DNA of 63,824 nucleotides, the filler included, from Thermoplasmatota archaeon (GTDB taxonomy: Archaea > Thermoplasmatota > E2 > JACPAO01 > JAHFTW01), in the NCBI GenBank assembly GCA_041623215.1. It is 5 parts of 5 records of this genome, joined end to end, with 100 filler letters (N's around TTAATTAATTAA, not from the genome) between each part and the next. Parts side by side here need not be neighbours in the genome. Positions count along the whole stretch, not along the records: positions 13,942 to 27,767 come from JBFJXH010000042.1; positions 27,868 to 41,408 come from JBFJXH010000043.1; 3 more parts are not named here. One strand, written 5' to 3'. Both the position numbers and the translations under genes were made by a program. Shown here one piece after another: positions 22,663-31,125 of the stretch (its first letter is position 1; each line of letters starts with the position of its first letter). The notes under the pieces were generated by a model. That model did not search any database. It worked only from the letters and a program-made list of their open reading frames with translations, and was not told where the DNA came from.

Positions 22663-23277
22663 ATGTTGCCCGTGGCGAGAGAAGGGGTGTTCCTGGTCGT
22701 GCTGCTAGCGCTTCTTGGTGCTGGTTTTGGCGCGGCGGCACCGGAGCAAAGTCATGATGCCGAACCGACGGCGGTGCACTTGCTAAACCAAGTCACGGAC
22801 CTGACGGGGCTGCAAGGCGGTGAACTTGTGCAAACGGGCGACGCTTGGATGTCATTGGCGGACGCCGTTGCGCTGCATGGCGCGCGGTTGGACGTCCGGC
22901 CCGAGGAAGCAGCCACTTACGAAATGGTCCCGGCAACGGACCCTGCCCCTCTCGTGGGCTCCATCACGACCACCGAAGTGGGCCTTCTGGTCCGTTGCAA
23001 CGAGGCGTGGCACCATACCGGCGTCGGGCCGGGCATTGCTGGACTGGCGGAAGTCCACAGCAGCCTGGCCACCTATACTGGATCGGGAGCGGCGGTGTCG
23101 CGCCTACCCGGAGAACCGCCCGTGGGTTACCAGTGGGTTGGATACCAGATGGCAAGCAACTTCCTGGGTCACGTCGAAGGGGCCGACTGCCTCACGACCT
23201 ACACGACTCAGGGGGACCCGGTGATTTCAAGCGGCCAATTATCTGGCACGGGCGTGCTGACGTTTGAGGAGCCCTAG
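22663..23277 (+). CDS. Hypothetical secreted protein
   Basis: N-terminal hydrophobic signal ([18 protein letters not shown]); fills the gap between gyrA and the B12-binding gene. Confidence 0.6.
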   Translation: MLPVAREGVFLVVLLALLGAGFGAAAPEQSHDAEPTAVHLLNQVTDLTGLQGGELVQTGDAWMSLADAVALHGARLDVRPEEAATYEMVPATDPAPLVGSITTTEVGLLVRCNEAWHHTGVGPGIAGLAEVHSSLATYTGSGAAVSRLPGEPPVGYQWVGYQMASNFLGHVEGADCLTTYTTQGDPVISSGQLSGTGVLTFEEP

Positions 23278-23320
23278 CGGCCGCCGAGCGCCTTTTCAGC
23301 AACAAGGAGGTGCCCTCGCC

Positions 23321-23746
23321 ATGAGCAGCCCTCCGATTCGTGTCCTTGTCGCCAAGCCCGGCCTTGCCGGGCACGACCGTGGCGCCAAGGTGGTGGCTCG
23401 CGCCTTGCGGGACGCCGGCTTCGAAGTCATTTACACCGGCCTGCGCCAGACGCCGCAACAAATCGTCGACGCGGCCATCCAAGAGGATGTGGACTTGGTC
23501 GGACTGTCATGCCTGTCCGGGGCCCACAACACCCTGTTTCCCAAGATCAAGGACCTTCTGGTGGCCGAGGGCGCCGACGACGTTGTCGTTTTCGGCGGCG
23601 GCATCATCCCGGACGACGACGCGAAGAGTCTCAAGGCAAAGGGCATCGAAGCGGTCTTTGGTCCGGGCACGGACACCCGCGAAATCAGCCGTTTCATCCG
23701 CGCACACCCGCGCTTCAAAGACCGATTTACCGAACTAAGCCACTAG
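23321..23746 (+). CDS. Methylmalonyl-CoA mutase small (cobalamin-binding) subunit
   Basis: [65 protein letters not shown]. Confidence 0.93.
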   Translation: MSSPPIRVLVAKPGLAGHDRGAKVVARALRDAGFEVIYTGLRQTPQQIVDAAIQEDVDLVGLSCLSGAHNTLFPKIKDLLVAEGADDVVVFGGGIIPDDDAKSLKAKGIEAVFGPGTDTREISRFIRAHPRFKDRFTELSH

Positions 23747-24853
23747 TCTGGGCTGCTGCAGAACTTCAGACGTCACGCGCTTTGCTTCCGTGTCAGACAA
23801 TCCCAGTTGGGACCGCAGCCGCGCTAGCATGCGCGACTCGTCAAGGTCGACGCCGCCGTCCTCCCAGGCGCCCTCAAGTGCCGCCCGGTACACGAGCAGG
23901 CGTTGTGCGTCCAGGTCTTTGGCCGGAACGGCCCGATGCGCAAGGCGGTCCGCCAACGTGCGCACGGGTTTGACCACGAAGGCAAGTCCCACGGCGGTCG
24001 CGAGGCTAATGGCTTGCCCGGCTACGTCTTGGACTACGTTCTCCAGGAGCTCTCCTAGGACGAGGAACACGACCGTCGCAACGCCGACCAACGTGCTTTG
24101 CTTAATGACGAACCGGAGCTTAACATCAATATCAAACACCTGATACTTGAGCAGACCAAATCCAAGGAGGACCGGGTAGATGGAATACGTGATTGGAATC
24201 AGGAGCATAATGGCTGGGACAAGCGAGGATGTGGGCCCTGCGATGAGCAACGCTGCCGTGGTGGCAGCGAACATGGTGTCGCGGAAACCAAAGCTGATGA
24301 CGAATGCCTTGGCGACTTGACGCGTCGTTTCCGTCGCGGCGCGCCGGAGGGCGGCAATGCTGAATCCAATGGCAGCAAGGAAGACGATGCTCCAGAAGAT
24401 CATGCCAATCATGAGGCCGGCGCCTGGCATGGCCGCCCAGCCGATGTTGTTCGGGCCCGGTACGACGCTTCCCACGTAGAAGGTTGGCCAGATGAACCAT
24501 GTTGCCACAGCGAACACTGTGAAGCCGGCGAGGATGATGCGTGGCAGGGGTCTTGCCATGCGCCTTGCCATCGGAACCGGTAGCGAACTCAGGAAATGGT
24601 AATACGCCCAAGTTTTGATCCAAACTGCGACGTAGCCGACGCCTGCGAGCGCCCAAGCGGCTTGGGCAGATTCCACTAGGAAGGTTCCTCCGTTCAGGGT
24701 AAGCGTCACGGTTCCTTCCAGGAACAGCAGCATGGCCAAGCGGCGATTAATCGCCGAATCGGGCCGATTCAACCAAAGGACCAGGCACAATCCAATCAAT
24801 AGCGTGGCGCCAATGAGTCCCGGCACGGCAGCGCTGTTCCACACCAACGACAC
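23735..24853 (-). CDS. Multi-pass (7TM-sensor-like) membrane protein with short cytoplasmic helical C-terminal domain
   Basis: Many TM segments, [12 protein letters not shown] linker, C-terminal [24 protein letters not shown]. Confidence 0.75.
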   Translation of the reverse strand: MSLVWNSAAVPGLIGATLLIGLCLVLWLNRPDSAINRRLAMLLFLEGTVTLTLNGGTFLVESAQAAWALAGVGYVAVWIKTWAYYHFLSSLPVPMARRMARPLPRIILAGFTVFAVATWFIWPTFYVGSVVPGPNNIGWAAMPGAGLMIGMIFWSIVFLAAIGFSIAALRRAATETTRQVAKAFVISFGFRDTMFAATTAALLIAGPTSSLVPAIMLLIPITYSIYPVLLGFGLLKYQVFDIDVKLRFVIKQSTLVGVATVVFLVLGELLENVVQDVAGQAISLATAVGLAFVVKPVRTLADRLAHRAVPAKDLDAQRLLVYRAALEGAWEDGGVDLDESRMLARLRSQLGLSDTEAKRVTSEVLQQPRLVA

Positions 24854-24938
24854 GGCTTGGCAATGCCGCCGCCGCTTATGAACTTCCCCCGAGGCTTCGG
24901 CCCGAAGAATCCTTTAGGCAGCCAGCGACGCCGCCTTC

Positions 24939-25910
24939 GTGGACGCCGACGAACTCGAACAAGGCGTGAAGTCGTTCCAGCGCCGCGCCGTGGCTCGCCT
25001 GATCAGCCTCGTCGAGCGGGAAGACCCCGTTGGCCAGGAAGTGTTGAAGCGCCTCCACGGTCGCACAGGACGTGCCCACGTGGTTGGGGTGACCGGCAGC
25101 CCAGGCACCGGCAAATCAACGCTGACCGACCAGCTCATTCGCACCTATCGCCGTGAAGGCAAGCGCGTTGCCGTGGTCGCCGTGGACCCGTCGAGCCCGT
25201 TTAGCGGCGGAGCCATCCTTGGCGACAGAATTCGCATGAATCGCCACAGCGGCGACAAGGATGTATTCATTCGGTCGATGGGGACACGAGGTGCGCTGGG
25301 TGGCTTGGCGGGCCATACGACCGATGTGGTGCGGGTGCTGGATGCCGCCGGCTTTGATGTGGTCATCGTGGAGACTGTAGGCGTCGGGCAAGCGGAAGTG
25401 GATATCATTCGTCTCGCCGACACGGTGATTGTGGTCTTGGTGCCGAACTTGGGCGACGACGTCCAAGCGGTCAAGGCTGGCGTCATGGAAATTGCGGACG
25501 TGTTCGTCATCAACAAGTCGGACCTAGACGGCGCTGACAAGGTGCATGGCGAAGTGGAATCCGCCATGGCATTGGCCCCTCATCCGGAACCTGGCCAGGA
25601 AGTTTGGTGGCCTCCTCTCGTGAGAACCGTTGCCGAACGCGGCGATGGCGTGGCCGACGTGGTCGAGAAAGTGAACGAGCATGCGGCATGGTCCAGGGAG
25701 CACGGCACGTGGCACCAACGCCGCCATCGCAGGCTGTTAACGCAGATTCACAGCATCATTGTCAAGGACGTAACGCGCTTCGCCTTCACGGACCCACAAA
25801 TCGTTCGAGATCCATTTGACACGTTGGTGGCTGAGGCGCAGGCGGGGCGGTTGTCGCCGCAAGAGGTCGCCGCGCAGATTTTGGCAGCCTACCGAGCTCC
25901 GAATGACTGA
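24939..25910 (+). CDS. meaB: Methylmalonyl-CoA mutase-associated GTPase MeaB/ArgK
   Basis: GVTGSPGTGKST, AVDPSSPFSGGAILGDRIRM, VETVGVGQ, VINKSD. Confidence 0.96.
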   Translation: MDADELEQGVKSFQRRAVARLISLVEREDPVGQEVLKRLHGRTGRAHVVGVTGSPGTGKSTLTDQLIRTYRREGKRVAVVAVDPSSPFSGGAILGDRIRMNRHSGDKDVFIRSMGTRGALGGLAGHTTDVVRVLDAAGFDVVIVETVGVGQAEVDIIRLADTVIVVLVPNLGDDVQAVKAGVMEIADVFVINKSDLDGADKVHGEVESAMALAPHPEPGQEVWWPPLVRTVAERGDGVADVVEKVNEHAAWSREHGTWHQRRHRRLLTQIHSIIVKDVTRFAFTDPQIVRDPFDTLVAEAQAGRLSPQEVAAQILAAYRAPND

Positions 25911-26024
25911 GAGGTTTCCGCCCTTGCTGGGGTGCCAGGTCGTCCGCGCGCTGGAGTCGCACATGCGCGTAGGCGAGCATGGCTCGCGCCAGACGTTTAA
26001 GGCGCCCCTTCGCCTGGCGCCAAC

Positions 26025-26447
26025 ATGGCCATCTTGGGCGTAGATCAAGTCGCGGTGGCGGTCGCGAGCAAGGATGATGCAAGCCGCATTTACGAGACGA
26101 TTCTGGGCTTGCCTGCGGGCCACGATGAAACCGTTGAGGACCAGGGCGTCACGACGCGATTTTTCCCCGTAGCAGACACCATGACCGTGGTCGAGGCCCT
26201 TGAGCCGCTCGGGGAGGATACGGCCGTGGGCAAATTCCTCGCCAAGCGGGGCCCGGGGGTACATCACATCGCGTTTCGTGTTGACGACGTGGATGCCGAG
26301 CTTGACCGGCTCAAAGGCATGGGCATTCGACTCATTGATGAGGTGGCGCGGCTCGGTGCGGAAGGCAAGCGCATCGCCTTCATCCACCCCAAGGAAACAG
26401 GTGGCGTCCTGATTGAGCTTTGTGAGTGTCCCCCGGAGACGGCATGA
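26025..26447 (+). CDS. mce: Methylmalonyl-CoA epimerase (VOC fold)
   Basis: E.VEDQGV, FL.KRGPGVHHIAF.VDD, FIHPKETGGVLIEL; follows meaB. Confidence 0.92.
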   Translation: MAILGVDQVAVAVASKDDASRIYETILGLPAGHDETVEDQGVTTRFFPVADTMTVVEALEPLGEDTAVGKFLAKRGPGVHHIAFRVDDVDAELDRLKGMGIRLIDEVARLGAEGKRIAFIHPKETGGVLIELCECPPETA

Positions 26448-27169
26448 TTCCTTGGTCCGTTGAGCGCCTGGCATCGTGCAGCAGCACCATGGACGAGGCG
26501 CGCTTGCGGCTGCATCAAGGAAGTGCGACCCACGGCACGGTGGTGATAGCAGACCAGATGACTTCGGGTCGCGGTCAACACGGGAACGCATGGCACGCAC
26601 CCAACGGTGGCCTGTACCTGTCGTTGGTGCTCACGGAGTTGCCAGAACGGCTTGAGTTGCTGACCTTGGCCATCGGCAATGCGGTGGCGGACACGCTTGA
26701 GGTATGTGGCGTGGAACCGCAGACCAAGTGGGTCAACGACATCCTCGTCCACGGTCGCAAAGTGGCCGGCGTTCTTGCGGAAGCGCAGTCGCAGGGTGAC
26801 CGCGCCGAGGCCGTCGTGGTTGGTATTGGCATCAATGCCAACGGCACATGCGCCGACTGGCCGGATCGGTTGGCAGACACAGCAACTACGCTGGAGCAGG
26901 AGCTTGGCTGCGAATTATGCATCGAGGACTTGGAATCGACACTTCTTGACTGCGTGGCCGAGAACTTGCGGCAGGTTGCCGAGGATCCCCAGCACGTCAT
27001 TCAGGCGTTTGAACGGCGACACAGCCTGACGGGGCAAACGGCGACGGTGGATGATGTGACCGGGACGGTTGAGGGTCTTGGGCCTGATGGGGCCATCCGG
27101 ATTCGAGATGGAGCCGGTGTGCTGCATGAGAAGCGGCACGGGCTGGCCGTGCTTGCCGACGCATCTTAG
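26444..27169 (+). CDS. birA: Biotin-protein ligase (group I, no HTH)
   Basis: SSTMD, ADQMTSGRGQHGNAW, KWVNDI, RKVAGVL.E, VVGIGIN. Confidence 0.9.
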   Translation: MIPWSVERLASCSSTMDEARLRLHQGSATHGTVVIADQMTSGRGQHGNAWHAPNGGLYLSLVLTELPERLELLTLAIGNAVADTLEVCGVEPQTKWVNDILVHGRKVAGVLAEAQSQGDRAEAVVVGIGINANGTCADWPDRLADTATTLEQELGCELCIEDLESTLLDCVAENLRQVAEDPQHVIQAFERRHSLTGQTATVDDVTGTVEGLGPDGAIRIRDGAGVLHEKRHGLAVLADAS

Positions 27170-27233
27170 CCGCCCGTTCCGAGATGACCTCGCCGACAAT
27201 CGGCGGCCGCGGCTTCGGGTCGTCGTCAACTCG

Positions 27234-27767
27234 CTACGACGCGGAGATCGTTGCGTACACGTGCCCGTCAGTGGGGCCCACAACCGACGGAACTGGTGCC
27301 TGGAAGACTGGCACTCGATCCGCGCACGTGGCAACCGCTAACGGTGCGGGCAACAACGTGACATAGACGACTGAGTCGGCCTGGTCCCAACCGCGAAGCA
27401 CGTATTCGGTTGAACCGCAGATGTAGTGTTCCCCGCCACGACACTGGGGTCGAGTTTGCTGTGGGAAGGTCCAGTAGGGGAGGCCCAGGGTTCGGCCACA
27501 TTGGCCATTGTCTGCCAGTGGCCCGTAGGCCGGGTCATCGACCGCCCCCTGTCGAAAGTGAACATACGCTGCGATGCCAGTCAAGACCGGCGGGGTGCCC
27601 AACCCGTCGTCAACAATGCTAAGCGAAACCACGCCATTTTGTGGCACCGCAAAGCATGTGGTGTCGGCGTGAACGCAGCGCGCTTCTAGGACGAATTCGC
27701 CGGCATAGTAGTCCGACGTGTGCCAAGTCGTGGCCTGGGCGCCGGCAAGGCCGACGATGAGGGCCAC
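27234..27767 (-). CDS. Hypothetical secreted Cys-containing protein, 5'-truncated
   Basis: Open to contig end with remnant signal peptide (ALIVGLAGAQA); several paired Cys. Confidence 0.5.
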   Translation of the reverse strand: MALIVGLAGAQATTWHTSDYYAGEFVLEARCVHADTTCFAVPQNGVVSLSIVDDGLGTPPVLTGIAAYVHFRQGAVDDPAYGPLADNGQCGRTLGLPYWTFPQQTRPQCRGGEHYICGSTEYVLRGWDQADSVVYVTLLPAPLAVATCADRVPVFQAPVPSVVGPTDGHVYATISAS

Positions 27768-27867
27768 NNNNNNNNNNNNNNNNNNNNNNNNNNNNNNNNN
27801 NNNNNNNNNNNTTAATTAATTAANNNNNNNNNNNNNNNNNNNNNNNNNNNNNNNNNNNNNNNNNNNN
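27768..27867. other. Artificial contig linker
   Basis: N44-TTAATTAATTAA-N44. Confidence 0.99.
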
Positions 27868-27868
27868 C

Positions 27869-28246
27869 ATGGTGACGCCCGAACATGCGCGTGCCGCCAA
27901 GGCGGAAACCTACTCAGTCGTCACAGAAAGTAAGCTTCGCAATCTGCCCCCGCATCCGCTCATGGCGTTGCTGGCAGTCGGCCGACGCCTGCGGCGCGAT
28001 GGTGGCGCTTACACCACGACCGGCGCAGCGGAGGAAGCGTACCACTTGGTTTGCGAGGAGTACAACGAACCACCACGCGGCCACACCCAGTACTGGAAGT
28101 ACCTCAAGCAGTTGCAGGATGCAGGCTTCATTTATGCTAAGCTGAGCGGCTCCGGCCAAGCGGGCACGACGCAACTGCTGTCGGTGCCAGACATTCCGGT
28201 TGCTGTGATGGAAAAGAAAATTCTCGACATCTTGGCCCAGGCGTAA
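27869..28246 (+). CDS. cdc6: Orc1/Cdc6 replication initiator, C-terminal winged-helix fragment
   Basis: TTG....AY..VCEEY...PRGHTQYWKYLKQL...G.I....SG.G..GTT.L. Confidence 0.85.
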   Translation: MVTPEHARAAKAETYSVVTESKLRNLPPHPLMALLAVGRRLRRDGGAYTTTGAAEEAYHLVCEEYNEPPRGHTQYWKYLKQLQDAGFIYAKLSGSGQAGTTQLLSVPDIPVAVMEKKILDILAQA

Positions 28247-28338
28247 CAGGCGTAAGCAGCCGGTGCGGCGGGTCAGGTCCCATCGCCCCCTGGCCCCTGG
28301 CCAAAAGGGCTAATGCCCTTCGCGCCACAACAAAACCG

Positions 28339-29136
28339 ATGCTCGACGTATCCGTCCGACGCAGTGAGCGGGAGGCTATGCTGGCCGACTTGGAGGCCGG
28401 CGGAGCGTTGACGGATCCGCGCGTCGAGGATGCCATGGCGGCCGTTCCCCGCCACCTGTTCGTTCCCGCCGAGTTAACCCAACATGCCTACGAGGACCGG
28501 CCGCTGCCCGTGGGGCTTGGCCAGACGATTAGTGCACCCCACATGGTTGCCATGATGACTGCTGCCGCTATGGTCGAGCCTGGCGATAACGTCCTTGAAA
28601 TCGGCACCGGGCGTGGCTACCACGCAGCCATTTTGGCGCACATGGTCGGCCCGGAAGGGCATGTAACGAGTGTTGAGTTCATGCCGGAACTTGCCGAGGC
28701 CGCGAGGAGCAACTTGGCCGCTGCAGAAGCCGACGTTACGGTCGTGGTCGGGGACGGCGCAGACGGTTACGAGGCCAATGCGCCGTATGACGTGATTGTG
28801 GTTACCTGTGCCATGCCCAGGGTGCCTGATGCTTTGCTGTGGCAGGTTCGCGATGGTGGCCACATGGTCATACCGGTGGGCCGCACGCAGTGCAAGCTAT
28901 TGGCCGGCAAGGTTCACGACGGTGATTTTCGCTTCGACGAGTTGCTGGACTGCCTCTTCGTCAATGCGCAGGGGCGTCTTGCCCATGACCCCGATGTGCC
29001 AGCCGCAGACGGTACCGATGATGACGACGGGCCGCACGACGGAGCAGATTCAGCGGGCGATGACGCAGGCTCGGATGACGACTCGGATGACGACTCGGAC
29101 GAGGATGGCGGGCGCCCCATCGACATTGCCACGTAG
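28339..29136 (+). CDS. pcm: Protein-L-isoaspartate O-methyltransferase with acidic tail
   Basis: VPRHLFVP, AYEDRPLPVG.GQTISAPHMV, VLEIGTGRGYHAA, APYDVI. Confidence 0.95.
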   Translation: MLDVSVRRSEREAMLADLEAGGALTDPRVEDAMAAVPRHLFVPAELTQHAYEDRPLPVGLGQTISAPHMVAMMTAAAMVEPGDNVLEIGTGRGYHAAILAHMVGPEGHVTSVEFMPELAEAARSNLAAAEADVTVVVGDGADGYEANAPYDVIVVTCAMPRVPDALLWQVRDGGHMVIPVGRTQCKLLAGKVHDGDFRFDELLDCLFVNAQGRLAHDPDVPAADGTDDDDGPHDGADSAGDDAGSDDDSDDDSDEDGGRPIDIAT

Positions 29137-29201
29137 CCGGGCATAGCACGCTTTGCTGCCCGAGCGGTCGGATTTATGAAAGACGGTCCTACCAAGGCTT
29201 C

Positions 29202-29642
29202 GTGGCCAAGCAACCGGTGACCATTGGTTGGAGGGAGTGGGTAAGCCTCCCAGACCTTGGCATTGCCGCTGTCAAGGCCAAATTGGATACGGGGGCCCGA
29301 ACCAGTAGTTTGCATGCCGTTGACATCGAGCCGTTTCGCAAGCGGAAGTCAAAATGGGTGCGCTTCAATGTGCATCCGGACCAGCGTGACACGTCTGCAA
29401 CGGTGACCTGTGAGGCTCCGCTTCTGCATCAGCGCGTTGTGCGCTCCAGCAGCGGCAACGAGATGCTTCGGCCAGTTATTGAGACGCACGTGACGTTGTT
29501 AGGCCAACGTTGGCCCATTGAGGTGACCTTGGCCAGCCGTGACGCCATGGGCTTTCGCATGCTCCTTGGCAGAAACGGCCTGCCGCCAGGTTTTGTCGTC
29601 GACCCACACCGCAGTTTCTACGCCGGGGACCTGCAACGATAG
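29202..29642 (+). CDS. RimK-associated retropepsin-like ('ATP-dependent zinc') protease
   Basis: IGWREWV.LP.LG, KAKLDTGARTSSLHA, RSSSG...RPVI, R..MGFRMLLGR. Confidence 0.9.
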   Translation: MAKQPVTIGWREWVSLPDLGIAAVKAKLDTGARTSSLHAVDIEPFRKRKSKWVRFNVHPDQRDTSATVTCEAPLLHQRVVRSSSGNEMLRPVIETHVTLLGQRWPIEVTLASRDAMGFRMLLGRNGLPPGFVVDPHRSFYAGDLQR

Positions 29643-29659
29643 GTGCCGGGCTCGCCGGC

Positions 29660-31069
29660 TCAGGAGGAGCCCGCAGCCTTGTCGTCCTCTTCATTCCGGT
29701 GCAGCTTACTACGCCAAAACTGCACCAATTCATCGTTGGGCGGGCTTTCGGCGTCCAGCAGGAGCACCGGGACCTTCGTATTGCGGCGGGCGGCCGTGAC
29801 TTCGTTTCGCAACCAACCGGTGAGCCTGCCTTGGTTTCGCCCCATGATGATCAAGCTGGCACCGGTCTCATTGACGGCGTGGCGAAACACGGTCATGAAG
29901 TCACCGTGGCGCAGCATGGGCTTGGCTGGAACACCGACGCGCGCTGCCCGGCGCATATAGAAGTCGAGTGCGCCCTCGGCGTCTCGGTCATTCATGTCCC
30001 CCGAGGCTCGAACCACCAGCACCGCCAAGCGGGCCTCGGCTTTGACCGCAAACGACACCACCAAGTCGGCGAGGTCCCGGGCCGCTTGCGCACCACGCGT
30101 GCACACCATGACGGTGGGCAGGTCGCGGTCTTGGGCCAGATCAGGCGGCGTTGGGGATGGCGCCGGCAAGTCGGTGGCATAATGCACGGTCCGTTGCGGG
30201 TAGGGGATAGCCACGCCTTCGCGGTCAAAGGCATCCTTAATGCGGCGTAGCAGCCGGTCCTGGATCGCCGCCTTGTCGGGGGCTGCCTCGACCCAAACTC
30301 GGAGCTCTAGTTCTAGGGAGTCAGCGCCAAAGTTTCGCAGCCGTACGTGGGGCTCTGGGTAATTGAGAATGCCTGGCGTCGCCTTAGCGGCGTCCAGCAT
30401 CAGTTTCTCGGCCAACCGGTAGCTGGACTCGTAACTGATGGCAACCGGAAGTTCCAGGCGCATGTGCGTGTTATCCGCGTGCGTAAAGTTCCACACTTCT
30501 TGCGTGTCCAGCAAGGCATTGGGGACGACGACGTGTTCGCCGCTGGTGGTCCGGATGCTTGTGGAGCGAAGGCCAATGGTTAGGACGTCGCCCCAGGTTT
30601 GGCCGACGCGAATGCGATCGCCCACATCGAAGGGCCGGTCAAATGTCAAGCCAACGCCCGCGGCTAGATTGGCGACTGTGTTCTGGAGACCAAAGCCAAG
30701 CGCCAGGGAAATGATGCCCAACGTGGCAAATAGGCTGAACAAGTCAAGATCATAGATGCCTGATACGCCGAGGCCAAGTGCCGTACCGGTGGCCAGGACG
30801 ATGATGAGTTTTCCGAGCAGCAGGTCCCGGCTTGTGGGTGGGTGTCGGATCGACCATCGGAGGACCTTACCGAGCAGGCGGCCACCTGCGTAGCCCAGAA
30901 TCACAACCAACACGAGAAGGCCGATGTCTGCTATGGCATCCACGAAGCTGCCAAAGCCGCGAGCAATCACGTCAGCGAGTCGGTCACGGACTACGGCCCC
31001 GGCTTCCGCTCCCGGCACCGTGCCATTGGGTGCAACGTTGCCACTGCCGGTAGCCGTGTGGTTGGCCAC
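29660..31069 (-). CDS. Small-conductance mechanosensitive channel (MscS) fused to a C-terminal USP-like domain
   Basis: ALGFGLQ...N..AG, PFDVGDRI, IGLRST, GVAIPYPQR; then VMVCTRG...LIIMG...VPVLL. Confidence 0.85.
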   Translation of the reverse strand: MANHTATGSGNVAPNGTVPGAEAGAVVRDRLADVIARGFGSFVDAIADIGLLVLVVILGYAGGRLLGKVLRWSIRHPPTSRDLLLGKLIIVLATGTALGLGVSGIYDLDLFSLFATLGIISLALGFGLQNTVANLAAGVGLTFDRPFDVGDRIRVGQTWGDVLTIGLRSTSIRTTSGEHVVVPNALLDTQEVWNFTHADNTHMRLELPVAISYESSYRLAEKLMLDAAKATPGILNYPEPHVRLRNFGADSLELELRVWVEAAPDKAAIQDRLLRRIKDAFDREGVAIPYPQRTVHYATDLPAPSPTPPDLAQDRDLPTVMVCTRGAQAARDLADLVVSFAVKAEARLAVLVVRASGDMNDRDAEGALDFYMRRAARVGVPAKPMLRHGDFMTVFRHAVNETGASLIIMGRNQGRLTGWLRNEVTAARRNTKVPVLLLDAESPPNDELVQFWRSKLHRNEEDDKAAGSS

Positions 31070-31125
31070 GACTACACAATGGGCGGCCGGCCCCTATAAG
31101 GCCGGTCCCTGGATGCCACAGCGTC

